Below are positions 17,513 to 27,500 of a stretch of 29,397 nt of DNA, piece by piece. Origin of the DNA: Gemmatimonadota bacterium (GTDB taxonomy: Bacteria > Gemmatimonadota > Gemmatimonadetes > Gemmatimonadales > GWC2-71-9); assembly GCA_036679605.1 (NCBI GenBank), contig JAZDCZ010000302.1, forward strand, positions 1 through 29,397. Direction: 5' to 3'. The notes below the pieces were generated by a model, which was not told the origin of the DNA, ran no database searches, and was given only the letters and a program-made list of their open reading frames with translations. The translations under genes were made by a program, and so were the position numbers. Within the stretch, counting starts at the first letter, position 1. Each line of letters begins with the position of its first letter.

Positions 17513-18128
17513 AGTTCGTGAATCTCTCGAATGCCCCGATGTTCGGGTTTAATCGCCAGATTTTGAAGTAGCCGTAAGGGAACGTCTCGCCCTCGCCACG
17601 GCTGCCTGTAATTAGCAGCGTGCGGTCGTCGAGCGTCTGGCGCTGCTCGACGGAATAACCGTCGATGACTTCGCGCTTAATGGACTGAACCAGCCGCTGC
17701 ACCTGCCCCCAGTCGTTCCGATATGCGAACACCACGCGCAGCTCGGCGCGCACGCAGTTGACTTTCCACAACGAGTAAGCCGCCCGCTCGCGTTGGTTCT
17801 CCAACTCGAATACGGCCAGTGGGAACGGCCACGCTGGCCCGGCATCACCAGTGCCCGGTGGAAACGCCATCACGTCGATACCAAGATACTCCTGTCCGGG
17901 CTTCGGAAGGAGACCGAGCTTGTGTCCCTTCGCCGCAGCCGGCCACCCGAGCTGCGCGCAACTCTCGACGACCGCTGCCGTGAGGAGTCGTGTCCATTCG
18001 CCGAGGCTGCTTGCGATTGCCGCCTCTCGTAGTGGCTCCGCGATCTCTCGCAACTGGAGCGCGCTGGTGAATTCTCTCAGCCAAGCACCAAGCTCGCCAA
18101 TTGAATTGCGCTCGTTCGCAGGCATCAT
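17505..18128 (-). CDS. Hypothetical protein, probable PD-(D/E)XK restriction-endonuclease fold
   Basis: 207 aa. QEYLGIDVMAF...PLAVFELEN gives an E..D..ExE active-site-like pattern. Overlaps the upstream stop (ATGA). Confidence 0.7.
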   Translation of the reverse strand: MMPANERNSIGELGAWLREFTSALQLREIAEPLREAAIASSLGEWTRLLTAAVVESCAQLGWPAAAKGHKLGLLPKPGQEYLGIDVMAFPPGTGDAGPAWPFPLAVFELENQRERAAYSLWKVNCVRAELRVVFAYRNDWGQVQRLVQSIKREVIDGYSVEQRQTLDDRTLLITGSRGEGETFPYGYFKIWRLNPNIGAFERFTNWG

Positions 18129-18742
18129 GGATCCGCCGATTGCTTTGCGCTCGGGAGTTTCTCAAGCACAATGCGGAGATTGTCTCCAGACAGCCGATCT
18201 TGGGAAGAGACGGTGTCCTGCGGCCCACGATTGGAGTCTCCCGGGGTTCTCGACTCGATGAATACGAGCGCTACCGCCATGAGACAGGCCGTCACGACAA
18301 TCTGTGCGAACACAGCGTGTGCCTTGGACCACTTCCATTCCTGCCACAGGTGATGTTTCCAACCTTCGTCCTGCGCGGGGCGTTTCGGGAATGTACTCCC
18401 CTCGCGGAGTTCGACATTCACATGTTTTTCAGCCTGCCCCTCATAGTAGTGCATCCACGCGATGCCATTCTGATCGGAGACGAACGCACCGATCCAATGC
18501 CACGCATATGCCACGAAGATGATGCCGGATGCAACCAGTATTGAGTTCCACGAACCGGAGGGAAGAGATCCCGCTTCGCGATAGAGCACGGCCGCTACTG
18601 CGCCTAGTGCAGCCCAGAGGACGAAATTGGTGCGCCATGTAATCTGCCTTCTTTTCCAGATGCCTTCGTGCTTCTGCTTGGCCAAGTCCGCGAATACCTT
18701 GGCGCGCTCCGTGTTGTTCACTGTGGATTCAGGATCGACCAT
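18125..18742 (-). CDS. Hypothetical membrane protein (~3 TM), candidate membrane effector
   Basis: 205 aa. GAGGAG RBS. Hydrophobic segments FVLWAALGAVAAVLY, ILVASGIIFVAYAWHWIGAFV and VFAQIVVTACLMAVALVFI. Confidence 0.8.
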   Translation of the reverse strand: MVDPESTVNNTERAKVFADLAKQKHEGIWKRRQITWRTNFVLWAALGAVAAVLYREAGSLPSGSWNSILVASGIIFVAYAWHWIGAFVSDQNGIAWMHYYEGQAEKHVNVELREGSTFPKRPAQDEGWKHHLWQEWKWSKAHAVFAQIVVTACLMAVALVFIESRTPGDSNRGPQDTVSSQDRLSGDNLRIVLEKLPSAKQSADP

Positions 18743-18754
18743 CGTTCAACTCCT

Positions 18755-21700
18755 CTACAGCCCCAGCCCCTTCTTCCTGCCCAGCACGCCATCGACCCAG
18801 CGCTTCTCGTCGGTGCCCGTCGGGTACAGCGCTGAGAGCGATTGGGCGAGTTTCCAGAAGCGGGCGTCGGTGCCGGCACCGTCTTCGACCAGGAAACGCT
18901 TCAGCGCTTCGCCCCGGCCTGTGGCGAACAGAATCATCGACTGGTGTACGCGGTCGAGCACCGTCTGGCCAAGGGGCGACTCGCCGACCGACCAGCCGCC
19001 CGACTCCGCCTCCTGTTCGGCGGCTTCCAGTTCGGCGAACAGGCTCCGCTGCGGATCCTTCTTCTTCCGCCGCGCGCGACCGCCCGCCGCCTCGGCGTCT
19101 TTGCCGAACAGGTGCTTGGTCCGTTCGGCGACGGGCAGCAGGCGGGCCTTGCCGCCCTTGACCTCTACGACGGACGGCAGCTTGTCAAGGTGCGCGCCGA
19201 GGCCCTGGGCGATCTTTCGGGCTGCATCGAATTCCAGCACGTATCCGCCGGTGAGCTTCGCGCTGGCCTTTTTCCCGCCGGCGTCCTTTGCGTCGTCCGC
19301 CTCATCTTCGGCATCACCCTCGGCGACCGCAACCGCAGCCCCTTTTTTCGTCGCCGCCTTGACGCCTGCACCGGCTCCGAGCGTCCATAGCCACATCGCG
19401 GTCAGCCGCGCGTCGGGCTCCAAGCCACCGGCGTCAGCGTCAGCGAAGAGCATGGAGAGCGCCTCCTTCGACACCGCAGCCCAGACCTGCTCCAGGTATT
19501 CCCCAAGCGTGACCGCCTCGCCGCTGGCCTTTTCAACACGGCTGTACCGGCTGAAGATTTCCAGCGCCGGTCCGAGACAGGCAAAAATCGCATCCGCGCC
19601 GACCACGCCCTCCTCAGCAAGGCGGGGCATCCAGGCGTGAATGCGCTGCGGAAGCTCGGCGAGCACTTCGCGCCACTCGCCGACGTCGCCCTCGCGCACC
19701 GACCCATCCGGGTTTTCACGTGGGCGGCAGGCAATGTGGACGCTGGAGCCCAGCCGCGCTTGTCCTTGGGCCGCTACGCGAGTTTCCATCTCGGTGTCGA
19801 TGGGCCACGAGCCGGTAACCACGAACCCGGCATCGATGACCGCTTTCAGGATCGCTTCCCAGCTCGCGGTGGTCTTGCTGGCGAAGACGATCGTCCCGAC
19901 GCCGCTCGGCGCCAGCACGCGCCGGCCCTCCGCGAAGGCCTTGGTCAGTTCGCGTTCATAGAAGGCGATACCCTTGGTGGACTGGCTCAACTTGTGCGGA
20001 CGATCGACGACGATTTCGGCGTCCTTGGGAACACCCGTGTCGCCGAAGAGTGCGGGATGCACATCGCCGAGTGTGCGACGCATCCAAACGTAGAAGAAGT
20101 CCGATAGGTAGGCATACGGCACGGCATCGTAGTACGGCGGATCGGTCACGAACGCCGCTGCAGCGTCGTCAGGAAGAGGGTGGTTCGTTGCGGAGACTTG
20201 TTCGACATGGGCGGGTGATGCTCCAAACACCGTCCTCTCTCCATGCTCGACCACCTTGACAATCCAATCCACTTCCGCGCAATATGAGCCAGAGACTCTG
20301 TCGAGCGGATTGGCTTCACACCAATCCCACATCATCCCAAGTGCCTGCCGACGGAATGTGTTTCCCGCCATGTACTCGGCGTTGGGTTTCCAGCCAGCAA
20401 ATGAGCTTTGCTTATCGGCAAGCTTGTCAATCGAGAATGCCAGACACGTCTGTACCGCTTCGGCAAGTCCATCAATGTGTCCAGGTGCGTTACACGCCGT
20501 TGGTAGCCCGCGCACCAGCTTGGTCAGTGTCGCCAGGGTCAGCGCCTGGCGGGGCGAGAACAGGTCGCCCCAACGTTCCATGCCGTAAATCGGGACGCTG
20601 ATGCGGCGGAGCTCGTTGAGCGAAATGACTTCGTCGGGAACCAGACTCCTCCGATTCGCCGCCCCTTGCGCGCTTGCGGCGGCGCTCCGTCGCCCCGCGG
20701 CGCGCCCCTGCTGCGAACGCTCGGTGCCATCCGCACGTTCGCGTCGCTCCAGTTCTGCCGCCGCCGCGTCGAACGCCGCCTGATCGGCCTTCGTCGGCAG
20801 GCGGTAGAAGCGGCCCTTCTCGTCGGCGCGGGTCGTCACGACGCAGAACAGCCGGGCATCGGCTGCGCCGCCTCGGCGCTGCTTGAGCTGTGCCCGCACG
20901 GAGTCCACCTTGGTGGTAAAGCCGGTGACCGGGCACGTCGCACTGCCGCGCGCGACCGTGCCGTCCTCCACTTCGCTTTCCTTCTTGGGCTCGAAGATCT
21001 CCAATAGCGGGCGCTTCACGCGTTTGGCGACGGGCTGGCCGTCCTCGACGTGCGTGACCTCGATCGTCTTCGTCTTGACCTTCCCTTGCGCGTCGCGCAC
21101 CCATCGCAAAGCCCGCTTGCGGCTGGCCTTCTTCGCCAGCCACAGCGAACGCATCAGCGGAACCTCGACGGGAATCTTGCCCGCGCCGGGAGCCTCCGAC
21201 AGAATCGTCCGGGCCCACAGGTAGGCGATCGGTGTCGCGCCGTCGCGATCCTTCGGGTAGAACTCGGCCAGTTCCTTCTCAGCCTCTTCCTTGATCCATT
21301 GGCCCCACTTGCGAACCTCGTCGGCCAGCTTCTGGCCGTACTTGGGGATGTACTCCAGCACGACCTTGTTGAGCAACACGGCGACCGGGTTGAGTTCCGA
21401 AGCGAAAGCGTCGGCTCCGACGCGCAGCGCCTCAAGCGGGATCGACCCGCCACCGGCGAACGGGTCCACCACCAGCGGCCGCGAACCCGGTTCGCCGCCG
21501 AGCGCTTCGTGGGCCGCCTGCGTAAGCGCCCGCGCCGTCTTCAGAAACGCCGGATCAGTGGAGTTATCCCAATTGGCGAAGTCGGCGATGAAGTCGAGAA
21601 GAACGCGGCGAAGCTCGACCGGATTATCGAGCAGGCCCGCGTCCTTCTGGATCGCGACCAACCGGCTGAACGACTCCTCACTGACGCCGTTGTGACCAGC

Positions 21701-22048
21701 CTTCCCGTTCGCCCATTGGCGCATCTGCTTACGCGCCTCGTCCAGGAACCTCCGGGGCCGGATGAGCACGCCTTCGGAAGGCTTGCACCCAAGCGGCGCG
21801 CGGATTGCCGCCCCCAGCGCCCCGTCGCCACCATCGTCCTCCGCGGCAGAAAGCCAGACCGCAAGATCCTCCGGATCAGGCCAGAGCGAAGCGCAAATGA
21901 CCGCCCGACAAGCCGCCAAAGGCCGCCGCGCCCACCAAATATGCAGGGTAGAAATATGCCCATGCCGAATAGACTTCTCCCGCCGAGCATGCGCGGAGAT
22001 GCGCGCAATCGGCAGGTCGACTTCAATGAGTCTCTTGGGGTAGCTCAT
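18755..22048 (-). CDS. DUF1156-family adenine-specific DNA methyltransferase
   Basis: Start re-called at ATG 22048 (ATGA overlap). KRLIEVDLP..EKSIRHGHISTLHIWWARRPL (DUF1156), SAM-binding DPFAGGGSIP, catalytic TDPPYYD. Confidence 0.93.
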   Translation of the reverse strand: MSYPKRLIEVDLPIARISAHARREKSIRHGHISTLHIWWARRPLAACRAVICASLWPDPEDLAVWLSAAEDDGGDGALGAAIRAPLGCKPSEGVLIRPRRFLDEARKQMRQWANGKAGHNGVSEESFSRLVAIQKDAGLLDNPVELRRVLLDFIADFANWDNSTDPAFLKTARALTQAAHEALGGEPGSRPLVVDPFAGGGSIPLEALRVGADAFASELNPVAVLLNKVVLEYIPKYGQKLADEVRKWGQWIKEEAEKELAEFYPKDRDGATPIAYLWARTILSEAPGAGKIPVEVPLMRSLWLAKKASRKRALRWVRDAQGKVKTKTIEVTHVEDGQPVAKRVKRPLLEIFEPKKESEVEDGTVARGSATCPVTGFTTKVDSVRAQLKQRRGGAADARLFCVVTTRADEKGRFYRLPTKADQAAFDAAAAELERRERADGTERSQQGRAAGRRSAAASAQGAANRRSLVPDEVISLNELRRISVPIYGMERWGDLFSPRQALTLATLTKLVRGLPTACNAPGHIDGLAEAVQTCLAFSIDKLADKQSSFAGWKPNAEYMAGNTFRRQALGMMWDWCEANPLDRVSGSYCAEVDWIVKVVEHGERTVFGASPAHVEQVSATNHPLPDDAAAAFVTDPPYYDAVPYAYLSDFFYVWMRRTLGDVHPALFGDTGVPKDAEIVVDRPHKLSQSTKGIAFYERELTKAFAEGRRVLAPSGVGTIVFASKTTASWEAILKAVIDAGFVVTGSWPIDTEMETRVAAQGQARLGSSVHIACRPRENPDGSVREGDVGEWREVLAELPQRIHAWMPRLAEEGVVGADAIFACLGPALEIFSRYSRVEKASGEAVTLGEYLEQVWAAVSKEALSMLFADADAGGLEPDARLTAMWLWTLGAGAGVKAATKKGAAVAVAEGDAEDEADDAKDAGGKKASAKLTGGYVLEFDAARKIAQGLGAHLDKLPSVVEVKGGKARLLPVAERTKHLFGKDAEAAGGRARRKKKDPQRSLFAELEAAEQEAESGGWSVGESPLGQTVLDRVHQSMILFATGRGEALKRFLVEDGAGTDARFWKLAQSLSALYPTGTDEKRWVDGVLGRKKGLGL

Positions 22049-23208
22049 GTGTTGACTGTTTGCTCCAACTGCAAGTCTCGGAACCGCCATTCTCCTGTAT
22101 CACGTCCCTCCAGTATTGCGGATCCAGTCACATAGATGGACCGATGTATTGTGACGTTTCTACTTTGATATGAATCAAGGAAACTCCGGTTTTGCTGTAG
22201 GAGTGTTGCGGCACTTCCAACAGGCACGCGCGGTTCTGCAAAGAAATTACGACGCTTGATCGTCAAGTCGATATCGACACCGACAGTGATTGTTAGTGGT
22301 GCGCGCCCATCGTCACGATCTTCACCAAGCAATGGGAACGCCGATTCGACAGACGATGGCCGCACGGCGTCGATAGACTCAATTATGGCTCCACTTAGCG
22401 GATCGTCAGCCTCATTGGGCTGGCCTAGCTGAAACACTCCATAAATCGTGGCCATGTCAATGAGCGCGTGCTGTGTTGCGAATTCTAAAACCTCGGCTTC
22501 GTGCTCGCGAACGAAACTACGAGCTTGTTCCATGCGCAGGTGAATAAGGTCAGCATTCGCCCGGTTGAGCATGTCTTTCAGTGCTTCTGCGCCACGATTC
22601 ACCACTTTCTTTGGCTCATCAAAGACAACGTGGAGTTGAGTACCTGCCTGAGCAAACTGTTGAGCAACTACTGCGTCTTGAAAGATTTTGTCTGCCGTAA
22701 TGAGGACGATGTTCCGGTACCGGTTGACGCTGCACGCATCGCTGAACACGGTTTTTAGGATAATAGCGTCCTTAAAACCACGATCCCCTGCCGTGAATGG
22801 CGGCATCTTCTTCACGAATGTGTCGATGAGTACAGAAAGATCGATTTGGGGAGTCGGTACAATAGCGATTCCGTACCCTTGCAGTCGGCGCACTTGCTGT
22901 TCCATTACGGACTCGCGAAGTGCATCGTGCGAGATGTGTTCTAATGTCAGTGGGGGCCGGTCAAGTAGCACTCCAAGGGATGCTGCAAGACCATTTAGTT
23001 GCTTATACACGTCGACTGCGTCAGTACAGCAGAAGTGTATCCATTCATCCGCCGCTACTCTTGGGACGCATAGGCGCGTTCCCATCATTCGGGCAATCTC
23101 GACGATTTCGGCCAGCGCCGGGACATTGAGCGTCTTTGGCATTGCCCGAAGCGCGTTCGTATCAAAGTAGACGGCATTCGGCAGAACAATTTCGGGCTGA
23201 TCAGTCAT
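22045..23208 (-). CDS. PIN-domain protein (DUF4935-like)
   Basis: ATG 23208 with GAGAGG RBS. YFDTN, ADEW, GFKDAII and LITADKIF give PIN acidic residues; long uncharacterised C-terminal half. Confidence 0.8.
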   Translation of the reverse strand: MTDQPEIVLPNAVYFDTNALRAMPKTLNVPALAEIVEIARMMGTRLCVPRVAADEWIHFCCTDAVDVYKQLNGLAASLGVLLDRPPLTLEHISHDALRESVMEQQVRRLQGYGIAIVPTPQIDLSVLIDTFVKKMPPFTAGDRGFKDAIILKTVFSDACSVNRYRNIVLITADKIFQDAVVAQQFAQAGTQLHVVFDEPKKVVNRGAEALKDMLNRANADLIHLRMEQARSFVREHEAEVLEFATQHALIDMATIYGVFQLGQPNEADDPLSGAIIESIDAVRPSSVESAFPLLGEDRDDGRAPLTITVGVDIDLTIKRRNFFAEPRVPVGSAATLLQQNRSFLDSYQSRNVTIHRSIYVTGSAILEGRDTGEWRFRDLQLEQTVNT

Positions 23209-23258
23209 GCTACGTCCTCTCCGCGGCAAGTTGAGTCGGCACGGTCGCTGGCCAAGGA

Positions 23259-24557
23259 TCAGATAACATCTTCGTCCATGGCATCCTCAACGCGCTCCGC
23301 GATCTTATCGATTGCAGCCGGATCATTGGCCCAACGCATGATGTTGTCCGCCTCCTTCTTCAATTTTTGACAAGAGAAGAAACCGCACCGCTTGTGCAGC
23401 TCTAGTGTCTGGAAGGTTGGCCGAGCCAGCTCTTTTCGCACTTTGCTCAGTCGTTCCTTTGGCGCAACGATGTACAGCGGAAAGAACAGATTGGGTGCCA
23501 ATGCCGTCAGGTCAGCCAGCCGCAGCAAACCGGAAAAAACGCTGGTCGTGTGCTCGACCTCGAATGCAGCAACGACTTGGTTGAATCCTTTCAACCAGAG
23601 CACGTCGATTAGGCTTATTACCTTCTGTGAACCGGTGCCCATGCCCAGGTTGGGCAAATCCTGAATGCTCAGATCGCTTAGCTTCTTGCCGTTCCACTCC
23701 TTGCTGTGGTCGTTCTTGGCGATCCAGATGCGACAGCCGAGCTTACGGCCGATCGTCGCCAGCAGCCACTGCGCTTGCGTGTGGCTCGTTCCAGCCACGT
23801 CAACGGTGTCACCATTGTCGCCGGCATCGCTGTCGTCATCCTGATCGTTTTCCTCCTCCTCGTCGCCATTCCCCTTTTCTTTGTCTTTCATGCCGGGGCC
23901 GTGCTTGTCATACCACGCGCAGAGGTGTTCGAACGGCCACGCGGATAAGTCCAGCGCAGTGGCCAGCGCACGGAATCGCTCCCGAAACGTCAAGTAGTCC
24001 TCGATTGGATCCTTGGCAGGTGTGAACACGCCTTCAGCGATCATCGTTCGACGTGCAGTTCCGTAATAAATGGGCCATTGCTCGGTATCTTGCAGGTGCC
24101 ACCAAAGACTGAGGAAGAATGGAGTACGCGCTGGCTGAAGCAGTTGCTTGGTTGTCACACCGGAGCGAATGAGCTGTTTGAGGAAGTCGAGAAAGGTACC
24201 CATGCGATCGCGCCCGGCCTGCTCATCCGCCGGTAGCGCCAGCGCCGTCTGTAATCGATTCGTAAGTTCATCGTGATTACTGATGTGCTTGACGAGCTTG
24301 TTCAGGAACATCGCGCCCGACAACCCCTTGAACCCAAACCCTTCCCATTCGTTACGTGTCTTGTTGTCGAACGTGGTGCGGAAGTCCTCCAGGGAAACGG
24401 CGCCCGTTATGAAGCCTTCACGTAGCTCAAGGATTTCTTTGCGAACACGCACACGCCGCTCGTCGCGGTGCCGGTGTTCGTCCATCCACGCGGAATTGGC
24501 CGTCTCGTCCTCCAGGAGGATTCGCCAGCGGTCTACCGTTGCCTCGTCAAACTGCAT
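23259..24557 (-). CDS. Two-domain protein with C-terminal restriction-endonuclease-like domain
   Basis: ATG 24557, 4 bp after the helicase stop. Helical N-terminal domain, acidic linker (DEEEENDQDDDSD), then SHTQAQWLL..IWIAKND..IDVLWL..AAFEVEHTTSVFSGLLRLADL (PD-(D/E)XK-like with ExE). Confidence 0.78.
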   Translation of the reverse strand: MQFDEATVDRWRILLEDETANSAWMDEHRHRDERRVRVRKEILELREGFITGAVSLEDFRTTFDNKTRNEWEGFGFKGLSGAMFLNKLVKHISNHDELTNRLQTALALPADEQAGRDRMGTFLDFLKQLIRSGVTTKQLLQPARTPFFLSLWWHLQDTEQWPIYYGTARRTMIAEGVFTPAKDPIEDYLTFRERFRALATALDLSAWPFEHLCAWYDKHGPGMKDKEKGNGDEEEENDQDDDSDAGDNGDTVDVAGTSHTQAQWLLATIGRKLGCRIWIAKNDHSKEWNGKKLSDLSIQDLPNLGMGTGSQKVISLIDVLWLKGFNQVVAAFEVEHTTSVFSGLLRLADLTALAPNLFFPLYIVAPKERLSKVRKELARPTFQTLELHKRCGFFSCQKLKKEADNIMRWANDPAAIDKIAERVEDAMDEDVI

Positions 24558-24561
24558 GCAA

Positions 24562-27500
24562 TCATCCTTCTGCCTTGGAGCGAATCTCATCCGGCGTAAC
24601 CGCGTAGTGCTCCACAGCCACGATTGGTTGCCAGCCCAGCGTGGCGGGGTTCCTGACGGTGTGCAGCTTCGGCGTCGACGCGCAGTCGAACACAACGTAC
24701 AGCCAGTAGTCGTCCTTGAGCCGCTCGGCTGCGCGATATTCGTTCGTCGTCACAGCCACGTCGCCGACACCGGCGCGGCCCTTGACCTCGATGAACCGCA
24801 CCTCGACGGCTGTGTTCGGATCCTCCGGGTGCGGCCGGCGAGAGATCAGGTCAAATCCGCGATTCTGCGCTTCGACGCTCTCTACTGCAAATCCACGGGC
24901 CTCCTCGTGCTCGATGGCCACGCGAATGGCAATCTGCTCGATTTCCGAATTGCTGACCATGCGGGCGACGTCGGGCTTGTCACGATCGGGATGCGGCAGC
25001 ACCCAGGCCCGGCCGAGCAGGGTCAGGTCGGCGATCGTGCAATGGCGTTCGAGATCGATCTCCCTCCGGCGCGAGTCGAGGCGGTTGTTCAGATCGTCGA
25101 GGTGTTGCTCGGCTTGGGCAATGAGCCCGTCGAGGCCAGTGACGGTTTGGCCGGCGACCTGCCGGTTCAGATAATCGGCGAGCTGACGCTGCTGGCGGTC
25201 GATCAGGGCATTGAGGCTGATGTCAACGTGCCGAGCGACCACGCCGAGCTGCTTGTGCCGGTCGTCAACCGTCTCGCGCAGCCAAGGCTGCAATCGCGCT
25301 TCGAGCAGGAACGATTCGGAGGCATTACGGTCATACACTGCATCGTCGCATTCGGGAACGGCTGTGCGTATCGGCGCCGGTGAAACGTCGAGGAAAACAG
25401 TTGGCGCGCGGAGATTCCGTGAGCCGTCCATGCCCGTTTCCACGACGAAGAGTTGGCGGTGCAGCGTTTGGCCGCGACCGTCGCGGATCGACGCGGCGAA
25501 GAGGTCGAGCAGGCGGGGATCGCTGCGGTGGAGGTCGAAGAAAACGGCTCCACGTCGTATGTGGTCTTCGGTGCGCCCCAGCACATCGCCGCGTACGACC
25601 TCAAAGAGCGCGTGGCCGGGCGTGACCCACTCCAGCGTCGAATCGACCTTGAGGAGTTCCTTGTCGAAAGCGATCTTGCCGTATTCGCGGCCTAGCTTTC
25701 CGAAACGCCTTTCCAACTCGGTGCCGAGCGGGATGAGCATACGCGGTACCTTCCCGATTCGGTATGCGTGCCCGTTCTTGCTCGTCGGCTTCGGCGTGAT
25801 GCCCGCGATGGGTGCGGCATCGATGAAGAACTGCTCGATGACCTCCGGAACCAGTCGTCGCTCCTTGGCCTCGATGGACTTGGCCACGATCGCAGACAGG
25901 TTGAGATCGCGCTTGGCCAGGCCCTCCAGCGCCGACTCCGTGATGTCGCGGAAGCGCTGCGTGTCGACCTCGCGGACTACCCGATCTTCCACGCTGGGCA
26001 GGTCCGTGCGCCGCGCATACAGCTCTCGGAACAACCGATCGAGCAGGTTGGAGGGGAAGATCTCGCCGACCACGTCGAACACTTGGTCGCTGCCGAGTTC
26101 GTTTCGGATTTCCCGCAGGCGTTCGAGCAGTTTTTGTAGTACGCGGCCTTCGCGCGTATTGACGGCAACGAAGTTGACGATGGTGCAATCGTGCTCCTGG
26201 CCGTAGCGGTGGATTCGCCCGACGCGCTGTTCTAGGCGGACGGGGTTCCAGGGCACGTCGTAGTTGACCATCAGCCAGCAGAACTGGAGGTTGATGCCCT
26301 CGCCTGCGGCCTCGGTTGCCACAAGGATCTGAGCGCTCTCCCGGAAGTCGCGCTCGGCGTAGATGCGGCTGCCCGGTGTGTCTCGATCGCCGATCTTCAT
26401 GCCGCCGTGGATTTGGGTGACCTGGAGTCCCCATTCGACGAGCTTGCCCAGTGGGCGGCCATCGCGCCCGTCACCAGCGAGGAAGTCGAGTGAGTCTTTG
26501 TGCTCGGTGAAAACGATGAGCTTGATCTTCGGGTCGTTGAAGATGTTCAACTCGTCGAGCACTTCTCGCAGCCGGGCCAGCTTGGATTCGATTTCACGGG
26601 TCTCCAACACCTTGGCTTGGTCGATCAGCGTGCTCAGCCGGGCGATCTCGGCGCGCAGTGCAGCGGGATCGACCGAAGCGACCACGTCTTCAAGCTGGGC
26701 AATGATCTCTTCCCGTTCGTCTTCCGGTAGGTCGTCGAAGTCATCGGGCAATCGTTTCTCGATTTGGGATTTGCGATAGGCCTCGGGGTCTTCGAGGATC
26801 TTCTCGCGGCGGGCGCGCATACGTTCGAGTGTGCGCCGTACGGCGTAGATGGTGGACGCCATCCGCCGCTGAAGCAGCGCCATGGTGAATCCGACTGCGC
26901 GGCCGCGGGCGTCATCCTCGGCCGAAGCCTGGATGGACTGATCCTCCACGTAGCGGGTCAGTTCGTCGTAGAAGTCGAGTTCCTCACCGTCGAGCTGGAA
27001 AGCCGCCGTCCGCACCTCGCGTCTGGTGAACAGCTTCTTGACCTCGCCAGTGTCGGGATCGGGAAATGTGACGAGCGCCTCCTTGATTCGGCGCAGATAG
27101 AACGGGGCCTCGTTTTGCCGCATGGCCTCTTCCAGGCTCTCGACCGCGCCGTACACGTCGGCGTCGAGCAGGGCGAGGAAGCGGCGGAAGTTCTCGGGAT
27201 CACCCTTGTGCGGCGTGGCGGTCATCAACAGGTAATGGTCGGTCATCGCCGACAGTGACTCGCCCAGCCGATACGCCAAGGTCTTCCGGTCGTCAGCGTA
27301 GGCGCTCATCTTGTGCGCCTCATCGACGATCACCAGATCCCACCTCGACCGCAAGAGACTCTCCCGCGCGTCCTCCACGCGCGAGACCCACGATACGGAG
27401 GTGATGGCCTGGTCGTGCTCCTGCCAGGGATTGACGCCGTAATTGTCGCGCAGTTCGGCGCTGCGGATGACCCGGAAGGTCTCGCGGAACTTCTCCTGCA

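Noticed and set aside
18627..26206. Long plus-strand ORFs (18627-19640, 21050-22135, 24283-25383, 25211-26206)
   Set aside because: Antisense shadows of the MTase and helicase; no recognisable motifs.
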